A DNA stretch of 45,678 nt from contig JBJOPW010000008.1 of the NCBI GenBank assembly GCA_046050355.1, forward strand, positions 1 through 45,678, read 5' to 3'. The notes beneath the pieces were generated by a model. That model was not told the DNA's origin. It did no database searches and saw only the letters and a program-made list of their open reading frames with translations. Positions 28,473 to 37,920 of this stretch are shown here, piece after piece. The number at the start of each line of letters is the position of its first letter. Positions within the stretch are counted from its first letter, which is position 1. Origin of the DNA: Candidatus Parcubacteria bacterium. Lineage in GTDB: Bacteria; Patescibacteriota; Minisyncoccia; Phycocordibacterales; UBA918. The position numbers and the translations under genes were made by a program.

Positions 28473-29669
28473 ATGACGCTACAACAGCGCAGAACAGTTC
28501 TTTTATATCAGCTCTATATGGTGGTAAGTGAGCCGCTCTTTTGGGGTCCCATAGTGATCTACTCACTGTTGACCTTGGCCCATATGTCGCTGCCTGAAAT
28601 CTTTTTCATGGAGGCGATAGTGATGATGGTCTTGGTGCTGAGTAACGTACCTGCCGGAGCTCTGGCCGACGTCATTGGTAAAAAGCGTGCAGTGCTGATA
28701 GGGCGTTTTCTTCTCCTTGTCAGTATTATCTGCTTTGCTACGATGACCAGCCCGCTACTCGCCTGGATTGGTAACTTGGCTTGGGCGTTTGGTTTTGCTC
28801 TGACGTCCGGATCCGAAAGCTCGCTCCTCTTTGAGACGCTCAGGAACGGGAGTGGGACAAGGAGGTTCAAAGAAGTGCAAGGCAAAGCTATCGGCTACCG
28901 ATTTCTGGTAATGGCACTCTCTTGTCTACTCGTTGGTGTGCTAGCAGCAGTGCATCCACGACTTCCCCTTTACCTGTCGATACCGGGTCAAGTGCTGGCG
29001 TTTCTCCTAGTCATAGGAATGACCGAACCTGGAACGACAACAACCTTCTCCGGGAAGGCACAATGGCGAGCAATGAAAGATGGACTACGTTTTGTCAGAA
29101 AGACACCTGTAGTCCTCTGGATGGTTCTCTTTGCGGCACTGGTTGGGGTGATCTCAAAAGTATGGTTCTTCACTTACAATCCATACTTCGAGCTCGTCGG
29201 TATGCCTGTCTCTCAGTACGGATTTGTCTTCTTCTTGCTCAATATCGTGGCTTGGTTATCCAGTCACTATGCATACAAGATTGAGACGGTCATGAGTGAG
29301 TTTGGACTCGTAGTCTTTTCGATTGCTTGTCTCTCAGTACCGATACTACTCATGGCACTATTTCCCGTCTACTGGGCGGCGTATCTGGTCTTGGCACAAA
29401 ACATCGTGCGAGGCTTCATCAGACCCTTTACCGAGGATTTTGTACACCACCATATCAGGGATGCAGAAGCAGAGGCGGCGCGAGCGACTATTATGTCTGT
29501 AAAGAGTGCGGTGTCGCAGTTTGCGATGGTGTGTGGACTCTTCGGAGCAAGCTTTGCTCTTGAGTACTTCCCACTCATCTCGGTGTTACTTGGCCTCGGT
29601 GTTATTGCGAGCACCCTCGGAGTTGTAGCAATCCTTAGTTATAAGCGTGTAGTGAGAGTTACTCTCTAG
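28473..29669 (+). CDS. MFS transporter
   Basis: About 12 TM; VPAGALADVIGKK motif A; SGSESSLLFETL. Confidence 0.92.
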   Translation: MTLQQRRTVLLYQLYMVVSEPLFWGPIVIYSLLTLAHMSLPEIFFMEAIVMMVLVLSNVPAGALADVIGKKRAVLIGRFLLLVSIICFATMTSPLLAWIGNLAWAFGFALTSGSESSLLFETLRNGSGTRRFKEVQGKAIGYRFLVMALSCLLVGVLAAVHPRLPLYLSIPGQVLAFLLVIGMTEPGTTTTFSGKAQWRAMKDGLRFVRKTPVVLWMVLFAALVGVISKVWFFTYNPYFELVGMPVSQYGFVFFLLNIVAWLSSHYAYKIETVMSEFGLVVFSIACLSVPILLMALFPVYWAAYLVLAQNIVRGFIRPFTEDFVHHHIRDAEAEAARATIMSVKSAVSQFAMVCGLFGASFALEYFPLISVLLGLGVIASTLGVVAILSYKRVVRVTL

Positions 29670-29707
29670 TCTCACAATTCCACTACCTATGGCCAAAGAA
29701 ATACTAT

Positions 29708-29738
29708 AAACCCCGATCATCACTGATGGTCGGGGTTT
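29708..29738. terminator. Bidirectional terminator
   Basis: AAACCCCGATCATC-ACT-GATGGTCGGGGTTT between convergent genes. Confidence 0.8.
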
Positions 29739-29757
29739 GCTCTTGTTTGCTGAAAAA

Positions 29758-31074
29758 TTAATACGGCGGGAGGTAGTTCATTGGGTCGAGGTAGGCTTCG
29801 GTGGCGGCGACTGGTGTGGTGGCGGCGCCACAACTAGTCACTGTTTTGATTTCATTAAATTGTCGGACACTCACACCGTCTTTGGCGTAGACCGTGAAGT
29901 GGAGATGTGGACCAGTTGAGTAGCCAGTGTTACCCGAGTAGCCAATGATGTCTCCGGTTGAGACGCGCTGGCCTGGCGTCACCGCAATCGTATCCTGGTG
30001 GGCATAGAGGGTGGAGAGACCGTTGGCATGGTCAATAAGCGTCCACTTCCCCCATGAGTAACAGCCAGGGACGGCATCCGTGTTCCCGGTCGCGCGGACG
30101 GTGCCTGAGAGTGGTGCATGAATAGCTGTACCGCGTGGTACCCCAAAGTCCACGCCAGGGTGGTACGCTCGACCGCCGTAGACGCCAGCATTACGTTTTG
30201 CAAACTCGGTACCACCAAAGTATTGCGTGATGACAACGTTTTTGAGCGGCCAGGCAAAAACGGCGGTACCAGCCGTTGGGATAGTGGTTGGGTCGAGAAT
30301 AAATTGGAGTTTTGCTTCAAAACTACGCATCTCCGCCGTAATTTGTTCACGGGCGGCTTGTTTGGCTTTGATCAGTTTTTGGTACTCCGTTTCTTTATTT
30401 TTAGTGGCGGCCAAAAGCTCACTTCGCTCGGCTTTGTTATTGGCAAGGACAGTACTTTGATCCCCGTATTGATTTTTGAGATTGACGAGGGCGCCACGAC
30501 GATCTTCTGTAGCACCTCGCTTCTCATCGAGTGCGAGTTTCAGTGAATCGAGACTGGCTACCTTATCGGCCATACTACTCTGTACTTGAAGCATCGTATC
30601 GAGCTGTGACCAAAATTCAGACAGGTGTTTGTGCTGGAGCATGACCTCAACCATACTTTGTTGTTCCGTTTTATAGCTCCTTCGAATTATCTCACTGATC
30701 GCTGCCTTATGTTCTTCTATATCAGCTTCTGTAGCGGTTATCTCGAGAATTAATTGTGACAGTTCCAAATCAGTAGCAGCGATTTTATTTTCAGTGTAGC
30801 GGATATCAGCCTGCACCTTTTTTCGTTCGAGCTCAAGCTGGTTAATGGCTTTCTGAAGTGTATTTTTCTCAGCCCCGACTTTTTTGAGATCTTGTTCGAA
30901 CTGAGCTATTTCCTTTTCGATATCAAGGAGGCGCTGGCTGCGCTCGTTTATTTCTTGCTTGAGTTTATCTACCTCTGAAGTTTGGGCTGATACTGAAAAT
31001 GCGCCCGCAAACAAAAGGGGTAGCAACATGAGACCAATGGTGAAGGAAAGACCGTATCGAACTATATTAGCCAT
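29758..31074 (-). CDS. Coiled-coil M23 peptidoglycan endopeptidase (EnvC/MepM-like)
   Basis: Signal, long coiled coil, HPGVD, TLYAH, STGPHLHF. Confidence 0.92.
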   Translation of the reverse strand: MANIVRYGLSFTIGLMLLPLLFAGAFSVSAQTSEVDKLKQEINERSQRLLDIEKEIAQFEQDLKKVGAEKNTLQKAINQLELERKKVQADIRYTENKIAATDLELSQLILEITATEADIEEHKAAISEIIRRSYKTEQQSMVEVMLQHKHLSEFWSQLDTMLQVQSSMADKVASLDSLKLALDEKRGATEDRRGALVNLKNQYGDQSTVLANNKAERSELLAATKNKETEYQKLIKAKQAAREQITAEMRSFEAKLQFILDPTTIPTAGTAVFAWPLKNVVITQYFGGTEFAKRNAGVYGGRAYHPGVDFGVPRGTAIHAPLSGTVRATGNTDAVPGCYSWGKWTLIDHANGLSTLYAHQDTIAVTPGQRVSTGDIIGYSGNTGYSTGPHLHFTVYAKDGVSVRQFNEIKTVTSCGAATTPVAATEAYLDPMNYLPPY

Positions 31075-32419
31075 TACGGATTATTTTATCACAAGCAATT
31101 ACAATTCTTGCGAGTGTTTCCTGTTGACCAATGGTATAGGCAATGGTGAAAGGGTCTGGTGACTGCGCACGGCCAGATAATGCAACCCGTAATGGCCACA
31201 AAACAAGTGCCTTCCCGGTTGTTTCGGCGTATGGCCAAAGCGCTGCTTTGATAGTGTCTTTGTCTGAAAAATCAGCATTGGTAAGTATATGGAGAGATGT
31301 TTGTAAGTGTGGGACAATCTCCTTGGTTTCAGTGACACCCTTTGGCAAAAGCAAGCTCGTCTCGTACTCTGGTGCTGTAAAGGCAAAGTCATACTCCCCT
31401 GCTTCGGCTGCTTCTACAAACTCTTGGCGAACCGAAATGCGTTCGCGAATCGTTGGTATCAGTTTTGTAAACGTTTCTGCGCTAAAGCCAGGCAGCGCTT
31501 TGAGCTTGTCTGGTAGTGCCACCATGAGGTAGGCAGTGAATTCGTCCGATGACAGTCGATTAAGGTGTTCTCGGTTGAACCAGAGGAACTTGTCTCGATT
31601 AAACACTGCCCCACTCTTTTGGACATGAGTGATATCAAAACGGTTAATAAGTTCGTCGAGAGCAAAGAGTTCTTCGTCGGTCCCAGGATTCCAGCCAAGG
31701 AGAGCGAGGTAGTTAATGATCGCCGCATCAAGAAAACCTTCCTGACGGTAACTTTCGATCGACACTGCGCCGTGACGTTTTGACATCTTGGAACGGTCGG
31801 GCGCCAAGATAAGTGGCAGATGGGCGTAGATTGGACGTTTGAAATCAAGTGCTTCCTGAATCAGGATTTGTCTCGGTGTGTTTGAAATGTGGTCTTCCCC
31901 CCGAATCACATGCGTCACACCCATGAGGGCATCATCGACCACAACCGCAAAGTGATAGAGTGCGTCGTCGAGCGAACGAGCAATCACGAGGTCGCCGAGT
32001 TCAGTCGTATTAAACGTGATATCACCCCGAACAAGGTCATTAAACGTGATGTCTTTGTTTGGGTTACGGAGACGTACTACTTCTACCATGACGGTTTCGT
32101 CAGCTTTGCTCGGCTCGCGTGAAATATAAGCAGCATCATTGGCGATAGCCCGCTCGAGGTGTTCGCGGTAGATGTGAGCGCGCTCTGATTGGCGTATAAT
32201 CTCGTTTTCCCAGGTGATACCAAGACTCCGAAGGCCATCAATGATCTCATGCTCAAATTCCTTGGTGCTTCGAGCTTTGTCGGTGTCTTCACTGCGAAAA
32301 ACCATCTGACCACCATGGTGTTTGGCAAAGAGGTAATTAAATAACGCCGTCCGGACGGTGCCGATATGGAGTTTGCCGGTTGGACTTGGTGGGATGCGCG
32401 TGATAACTGTTTGAGACAT
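31067..32419 (-). CDS. gltX: Glutamate--tRNA ligase
   Basis: PSPTGKLHIG, THVIRGEDH, KMSKR. Confidence 0.97.
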   Translation of the reverse strand: MSQTVITRIPPSPTGKLHIGTVRTALFNYLFAKHHGGQMVFRSEDTDKARSTKEFEHEIIDGLRSLGITWENEIIRQSERAHIYREHLERAIANDAAYISREPSKADETVMVEVVRLRNPNKDITFNDLVRGDITFNTTELGDLVIARSLDDALYHFAVVVDDALMGVTHVIRGEDHISNTPRQILIQEALDFKRPIYAHLPLILAPDRSKMSKRHGAVSIESYRQEGFLDAAIINYLALLGWNPGTDEELFALDELINRFDITHVQKSGAVFNRDKFLWFNREHLNRLSSDEFTAYLMVALPDKLKALPGFSAETFTKLIPTIRERISVRQEFVEAAEAGEYDFAFTAPEYETSLLLPKGVTETKEIVPHLQTSLHILTNADFSDKDTIKAALWPYAETTGKALVLWPLRVALSGRAQSPDPFTIAYTIGQQETLARIVIACDKIIRNG

Positions 32420-32424
32420 AGAAT

Positions 32425-33537
32425 TTATGAGCCGTGCTCTTGGCCGATACCGATCAGTACAGAAGCGATTTGTGCCGCGGCGTGAGGGGTAGCGAAGGTC
32501 CTAGCCGCTTTACTCATGGTTTCGTAGCGAACGGGGTCTTTCATAATAGCCTCTATCTCTGAGGTAAGCAAATAAGGGGTGAGATTGCCTTCTTCCATTA
32601 CGGTGGCCGCCCCTGACCGCGCGTAGGCATAGGCATTACTACGCTGATCGTGGCTAATTTCCTCGGGAATAGGAATAACGATAGCGGGGGTGCCATGGAG
32701 GGCAATCTCAAAGAGGGTTGTGCTGCCGGCGCGAGTAATGATGAGACTAGCCGCCTCAAACAGGGCTGACATAGTTTCGGCGTCCATGGTCCCTTTTACA
32801 AAATAATGCTCTAAGAGGCTTTTGTCACTAACGAGTGCTTGGGAGGTCTGGATGACGACTTTTTCTTCAGTCGGACCGGTTTGGTGAAATACCGTATAGT
32901 GAGGGAGTAATTGTAAGAGGCTGTTGAGAATGAAATTATTAATACGGATGGCGCCGAGTGAACCACCGGTCACAAAGATGATTGGTCGGTTTTTTGGTAC
33001 ACCCAAAAATTCGTGTGGGTTCTGGTGCGGCACTTGAACGCTCTTTCGGATCGGGATACCAACCAATGCTGTTTTCTCTGGCGGGAAGTATGTCGCCGCA
33101 CTCGCATACGCGATACCGATGTAGCGCGCAAACTTCTTAGCGAGGTTACTCGCTCGCCCCGGTTTACTATCTGATTCATGGATTACTACCGGAATGCGAT
33201 AAAATCGTGCCATGAGGAGAATAGGTACGCTCGTGTAGCCACCTTTACTAAACACAACATCAGGGTATATCACAAACAACTTGTACCAGGCAGTAAAAAT
33301 ACCCCCAATGGTACGAAATATATCGATAAAATTCTCTAGTGCGAAGTAGCGACGCACCTTCCCAGCCGGACAGGGGACAAAGTTGATATTAAGACGAGCC
33401 AGCTCTTCCCCATTGTACGGATGTGGGCCGAAGTAGAATAGTTCTATGCCTGGATATTGTTCGCGTAGTGACTCAGCCACTGCTATGAGTGGATAAAAAT
33501 GTCCGCCGGTACCGCCGCCAACAAGTGCAATCTTCAT
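32425..33537 (-). CDS. murG: Lipid II GlcNAc transferase
   Basis: GGGTGGHFYP, GGY.S.P, HES, GGSLGA, RAG.TT..E, DQ..NA. Confidence 0.96.
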   Translation of the reverse strand: MKIALVGGGTGGHFYPLIAVAESLREQYPGIELFYFGPHPYNGEELARLNINFVPCPAGKVRRYFALENFIDIFRTIGGIFTAWYKLFVIYPDVVFSKGGYTSVPILLMARFYRIPVVIHESDSKPGRASNLAKKFARYIGIAYASAATYFPPEKTALVGIPIRKSVQVPHQNPHEFLGVPKNRPIIFVTGGSLGAIRINNFILNSLLQLLPHYTVFHQTGPTEEKVVIQTSQALVSDKSLLEHYFVKGTMDAETMSALFEAASLIITRAGSTTLFEIALHGTPAIVIPIPEEISHDQRSNAYAYARSGAATVMEEGNLTPYLLTSEIEAIMKDPVRYETMSKAARTFATPHAAAQIASVLIGIGQEHGS

Positions 33538-33549
33538 AGTCGTATAGTA

Positions 33550-34668
33550 TCACGAGTATCGCTTCGCTTCGCGATACTTGGACACATTCAGTACAATACC
33601 TACCATGGCAAGAGTGGCAAGGAGCGCCGTGCCGCCATGACTAATAAAGGGTAGTGGCAGACCCGACAACGGTGCTACTCCAAGCATGGCGCCAATATTC
33701 AAAAAGGCTTGACATACAATCAGTGTCATAAAACCAACGACGAGGAGGGTTCCAAAGAGGTCTGGTGCCTGACTCGCAATTTTGTAGCCACGGAAAGTAA
33801 AGCCAAGATACAGGAGGATAAGCAGGCTTGAACCAATAAAACCAAACTCTTCCGCATAGACAGCAAAGATAGAATCACCGATCGGTTCCGGTAGATACTC
33901 AAACTTTTGAATACTTTGGCCAAACCCTCGACCGGTAAGACCACCAGAACCAACGGCGATCAGAGATTGCTGGATCTGATAGCCACTCCCCTGCGGGTCG
34001 CGCTCGGGATGGAGAAAGGTGGTGAGACGGTCCATAATATATGGTCGTACGAGCGCCACGAGTATGAGTAACAGCACTGCTGAGAGGAACATAAGACCAA
34101 CATCACGCCAGCGACCGCCGGCCGTAATAAACATTGCTACCCCGGCCGTTCCCATGATAAGGAATGTGTCGGTGTCTGGTTGGAGGAGCATAATCAGAGC
34201 AACAAAACTCACAATACCAACAAAGGGCAATGTTCCCCGCAGCGGGTCTTTAATAACATCGCGCATACCAGAGAGCCAGGTCGCGATATAAATTATAAAA
34301 CCAATTTTAAGGAGTTCGGCTGGCTGTAAGGTGAAACCCCCAATGGAGATCCAACGAGTGGCGCCTCCGTGGGTCATGCCAAAACCAGGAATAAACACTG
34401 CTAGCGTCAGGAGTACGGTAAGTAAAAAGATATAAAACGCGTAGCGACGGAGGTGGCGGTAGTGGAGTTGTGAGAGCGCAAATAAGGCTATTCCCCCACC
34501 AACGATACCAAACAAGAACTGACTACTGGCGACACTGCCAAAACTCGCACCATTGCGTGCAAGAAGGCCAAGAGACGCCGAAGAAAAAATCAAAAAGCCA
34601 AACCCAACAAGCAAGGCTACGAGGAGCGCCAGTACTTTGTCGATTGATTTGCTGGGTGGGTTTTTCAT
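33550..34668 (-). CDS. ftsW: SEDS peptidoglycan polymerase
   Basis: GATRWI, QPAELLK, LQPD, GYQ..QS, YLPE...DSIF, G.PLPFIS.GG; between mraY and murG. Confidence 0.93.
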   Translation of the reverse strand: MKNPPSKSIDKVLALLVALLVGFGFLIFSSASLGLLARNGASFGSVASSQFLFGIVGGGIALFALSQLHYRHLRRYAFYIFLLTVLLTLAVFIPGFGMTHGGATRWISIGGFTLQPAELLKIGFIIYIATWLSGMRDVIKDPLRGTLPFVGIVSFVALIMLLQPDTDTFLIMGTAGVAMFITAGGRWRDVGLMFLSAVLLLILVALVRPYIMDRLTTFLHPERDPQGSGYQIQQSLIAVGSGGLTGRGFGQSIQKFEYLPEPIGDSIFAVYAEEFGFIGSSLLILLYLGFTFRGYKIASQAPDLFGTLLVVGFMTLIVCQAFLNIGAMLGVAPLSGLPLPFISHGGTALLATLAMVGIVLNVSKYREAKRYS

Positions 34669-34696
34669 TTTATTATTTGTAGTTTTTGGACTGACT

Positions 34697-35755
34697 CTAG
34701 AAGATGGTCGCGAGTACCAGACCAGATACTGCGCACATGATGCTGATAATCCAATACCGCATGGTGACTTTTGTACTTGGCCACCCGATGGCTTCAAAGT
34801 GGTGATGCAGTGGCGCAATACGGAAGAGTTTCTTGCCGGTAGCTTTGCGGTACGAGAGCTGGAGTACATTTGAGACCACGGTGGCAACGAGTGGCAAACC
34901 AATGACTGGCAATAGTGCAATCCCGTGTCCTTCCCCGAGTTCATCGGTCATAAACACAATAACCGCAAGCGAGAGCGTGAGTGCCATCGAGCCAGTCTCG
35001 GTCATCCAAAAACGCGCTGGTGGAATATTGAACCACAAGAAGGCCAAGATACCACCGGCGATAGTGGCACACAGTGCGGCAATATCATACTGCGATTGTA
35101 CAAACGCTACTCCCGCGTATGATAAAAAGACAGCCGTAAACACCCCACCAGAGAGACCATCAATCCCATCGATGACACCACTGGCATAGAGCGCAATGGT
35201 CATAAAGATGAAAAACGGCACAATGAGCCAGCCAACATACAAGGCCCCATCAAATGGGATGCCGATTGCATCAACGCCGAGCTTTGCATAAAACCAATAA
35301 CCAATACCACCGGCTAAGATTGAAATAATGATGAGTCGGATACGGAGTGAGAGACCTTTGCCCCCGTGGACGACGTCGTAGTAGTCATTAAGGAAACCAA
35401 TTCCGGCCCCGATGATGAGCGCTGCTACTGGTATCCAGGTTTGGGTGCGACTGAGGAAGTACACCTGGGCCCACGGGCTACCAGGAAGAAGAGTTTCAAT
35501 GAGACCTAGTATAAAAATGGTTAAAAGGACACTACTCCAGATCACAATCCCACCCATGCGTGGGGTCTTTACTTCCCCGTCGCCTTTTAATCGATTGAAT
35601 TCTGTGGCGACTTGTCCGCCGATAGCGGTTTTGCCACCTTGTTTCTTCCACACTTTGAACTTAAAAAGATAGTGTGTGATGAGTGGTGTGATAATAATAC
35701 CAACCACAAATGCCATGATGGCAGGTACAAAGACTTTGATAATTGGGTATTCCAT
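34697..35755 (-). CDS. mraY: Phospho-N-acetylmuramoyl-pentapeptide transferase
   Basis: TPRMGG, DGIDGL, FN..PA, APLHHHFE. Confidence 0.95.
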   Translation of the reverse strand: MEYPIIKVFVPAIMAFVVGIIITPLITHYLFKFKVWKKQGGKTAIGGQVATEFNRLKGDGEVKTPRMGGIVIWSSVLLTIFILGLIETLLPGSPWAQVYFLSRTQTWIPVAALIIGAGIGFLNDYYDVVHGGKGLSLRIRLIIISILAGGIGYWFYAKLGVDAIGIPFDGALYVGWLIVPFFIFMTIALYASGVIDGIDGLSGGVFTAVFLSYAGVAFVQSQYDIAALCATIAGGILAFLWFNIPPARFWMTETGSMALTLSLAVIVFMTDELGEGHGIALLPVIGLPLVATVVSNVLQLSYRKATGKKLFRIAPLHHHFEAIGWPSTKVTMRYWIISIMCAVSGLVLATIF

Positions 35756-35766
35756 AGTTTGGTTGA

Positions 35767-36777
35767 TTATAACGAGTCATCGGCTTCTCTGAAGGCCTTC
35801 TGCACACTCTTGGTGAGTGCCAGTACGTCACTGAAGCGGTCTTCATAGGTCGAACCGAGGACAGTGATGATGATTGGTCGATTGTACCCGGCATCAAACG
35901 CGATGGTGAGATTGCCTTGCGCCAGATCTGTGTAACCGGTCTTTGAACCGAGGAGATTCGGGATGGCATTGATATCGGGATTGGTATTCTCTGCTTCGTG
36001 ATAGGTGCCGTCGGTGGCGACTATCCGCTCGTAAGCCATTGTCGTTGGCGCTAGGATGTCTGGATAGTTTTTGAGAATATAACTCATCAAGAACGATACA
36101 TCGCGAGCACTCCCATAGGCACCGGCTTTGGTTGGTGACATATCGAGACCGGTAGCGTTGTAAAAGCGGAGGGTAGCCAGATCGAGTTCCTCAGCAGTGA
36201 TATTCATTGCTTCCACAAATGCTTGTCCACCAGCATCTTCGACGAGCATGTTCCCGACACTATTGGCGATGGTGTAAGCTGCGTCATTTGATGAAGCGAG
36301 CATCGCGTAGTCCCGTAGCTCGCTTGCGAGTAACGTCTCACCCACCTTAAGTCCACTAGCACTCGCCTGCGTGGTTGCACCCGAGGGCACACGGATTTTG
36401 GTGTCATCAGCTACTAGTTCGCGGGCCACGAGCGCAGTCATAAGCTTCGTGATAGACGCAAGCGGCAGACTCTCATCAGCATTTTTGCTGTAGAGCACCC
36501 GATTTGTAGCAACGTCATAGACAAAGACCGCGTTCGCCTGAAGCGGTGGCGGATTAATTTCGGTTACTATAGCGAGCGCATCTTGGTCGTCGGTGGTGAC
36601 AGCCAGCGGTTGGTTCTTTGGAGTAGAACCTGGTTTTAGGATGTATGGCACGACGACTCCGCCAAGGAGACCACCGAGTACTGCCATCAGTACCAAAAAC
36701 TGTGCCAAGGCTGGGAAGCGTGGTGATTTTTGAACCACTACAGGAGCGTCGTTGTCGATGAATTCTCCGTCACTCAT
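35767..36777 (-). CDS. D-Ala-D-Ala carboxypeptidase (S11)
   Basis: ASITK, SSN, NATGL, KTG motifs. Confidence 0.92.
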   Translation of the reverse strand: MSDGEFIDNDAPVVVQKSPRFPALAQFLVLMAVLGGLLGGVVVPYILKPGSTPKNQPLAVTTDDQDALAIVTEINPPPLQANAVFVYDVATNRVLYSKNADESLPLASITKLMTALVARELVADDTKIRVPSGATTQASASGLKVGETLLASELRDYAMLASSNDAAYTIANSVGNMLVEDAGGQAFVEAMNITAEELDLATLRFYNATGLDMSPTKAGAYGSARDVSFLMSYILKNYPDILAPTTMAYERIVATDGTYHEAENTNPDINAIPNLLGSKTGYTDLAQGNLTIAFDAGYNRPIIITVLGSTYEDRFSDVLALTKSVQKAFREADDSL

Positions 36778-37367
36778 ACTCGGCTAGTCGTAGTCTGATC
36801 TGCGTCATCCGTAAGATCTTCTGTGTCAGGAGCAGTTTCTTCTGTGGCATGCTCTTGTGTAAAGCTCTCAAGTGCATCAGTAATTCGCGCAAAGTCAGTG
36901 AGTGCTGCCTGGCGGTCAACACCAAGGTGCGCGAGGAGACTCGGGGTCGCTTTGAAGAGGTAGCCACTTCCCTGCTTTTCGCCTCGTTCGATGAGGCCAC
37001 GGATAAGGAGGTTGCGAAGGATGAACGATGAGTTCACACCACGGATCTTGTCGATGTCACTACGTGAAATCGGACCACGGTAGAGAATAATGGCGAGGGT
37101 CTCAGCGCCAGCCTTGCCGATATCACTTTTGATATCTTGTTTGCGCAATTCTTCGATGAATGGTGCAAGGACTGGTGCGGTCACGAGCTCAATGTCCGTA
37201 TCAGTTTCAAGGAGACGAGTGGCTCCAGCTTCGAGGCGGGCGCGGAGTGTATCGAGTGTAGTGCGGAGGTCGCTGTCGGACACAGCAAATTGCTTCGCGA
37301 GCAGCGCTTTCTTCAGTGGCTGGGACTTATAGAAAAGCAGTCCTTCAATGAGGATGTCTAGTGGCAT
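36774..37367 (-). CDS. scpB: Segregation/condensation protein B
   Basis: IEGLLF, ETLAIILYRGPISRSDIDKIRGVNS. Confidence 0.95.
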   Translation of the reverse strand: MPLDILIEGLLFYKSQPLKKALLAKQFAVSDSDLRTTLDTLRARLEAGATRLLETDTDIELVTAPVLAPFIEELRKQDIKSDIGKAGAETLAIILYRGPISRSDIDKIRGVNSSFILRNLLIRGLIERGEKQGSGYLFKATPSLLAHLGVDRQAALTDFARITDALESFTQEHATEETAPDTEDLTDDADQTTTSRV

Positions 37368-37387
37368 CTTCCCTACAGTGTAGCACA

Positions 37388-37426
37388 AAACTGCCTCGAA
37401 AAAACCTTGTTTTTTCGAGGCAGTTT
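37388..37426. repeat. Perfect 18-bp inverted repeat between divergent promoters
   Basis: AAACTGCCTCGAAAAAAC-CTT-GTTTTTTCGAGGCAGTTT. Confidence 0.85.
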
Positions 37427-37491
37427 GTTGACAACTCCCAACTTTCACGGTATCGCTTGACTTTAGCTACTAAGTATGCTATTGTATTCGG

Positions 37492-37914
37492 TACCTGCGG
37501 CCTCGAAAGAGCAACCCCGCAGAAAGGAGGCTGAATGAAGACCACGTTCCTTGCCGAGATTGAAATGGATTCGACGAACATGGCCTCGACCGGCGCGCTG
37601 GATGCGAGCTCGGGCGAAGACGCTGCCGGCCATCAGCCGGCCTGACCCTCGGCCGGCCGACGTCTGAATTCCGCGGCCCTACGGGGCGATACGGATCGGG
37701 ACGTCTGTCGTGTCGTGACCCGAAGCGAGTAACTACCCTCGAGTGCTTGCGAAGCTTCGGGTCAACCGAAATCCACCGGCCGTTTGAATTGAGTCTGCTG
37801 CGGTGGGCAGCAAGGGAGGATCTGACGGATGTTTAAGTACTTTCGTCCGCCGATTCGCGCGGACACCTAACTCGGCGGCCCCTCGGTGAATAACCAGGGG
37901 CCCCATTCTTTTTT
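37492..37914 (+). ncRNA. Candidate large structured RNA, family unknown
   Basis: TTGACT-17-TATTGT promoter (37457-37485); successive GC-rich stems with GAAA and UACG tetraloops; terminal hairpin then T-run. Confidence 0.6.
37535..37645 (+). CDS. 36-aa acidic sORF MKTTFLAEIEMDSTNMASTGALDASSGEDAAGHQPA
   Basis: AAAGGAGG ends 4 nt before ATG; below ORF-track cutoff. Confidence 0.5.
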   Translation: MKTTFLAEIEMDSTNMASTGALDASSGEDAAGHQPA

Positions 37915-37920
37915 ATGAAT

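Noticed and set aside
34669-34944. 92-aa N-terminal extension of FtsW in the ORF track
   Set aside because: Overlaps mraY; the likely start is ATG 34668
37556-37790. tmRNA, because GAAATGGATTCGAC resembles the tmRNA 5' motif
   Set aside because: No GGGG acceptor strand, no T-arm or CCA end, and the ORF has its own SD/ATG and lacks a tag-like C-terminus
37810-37880. Group II intron domain V or RNase P RNA
   Set aside because: No AGC/CGC triad with AC bulge; no GAGGAAAGTCC or CGGCTTA P4 strands on either strand
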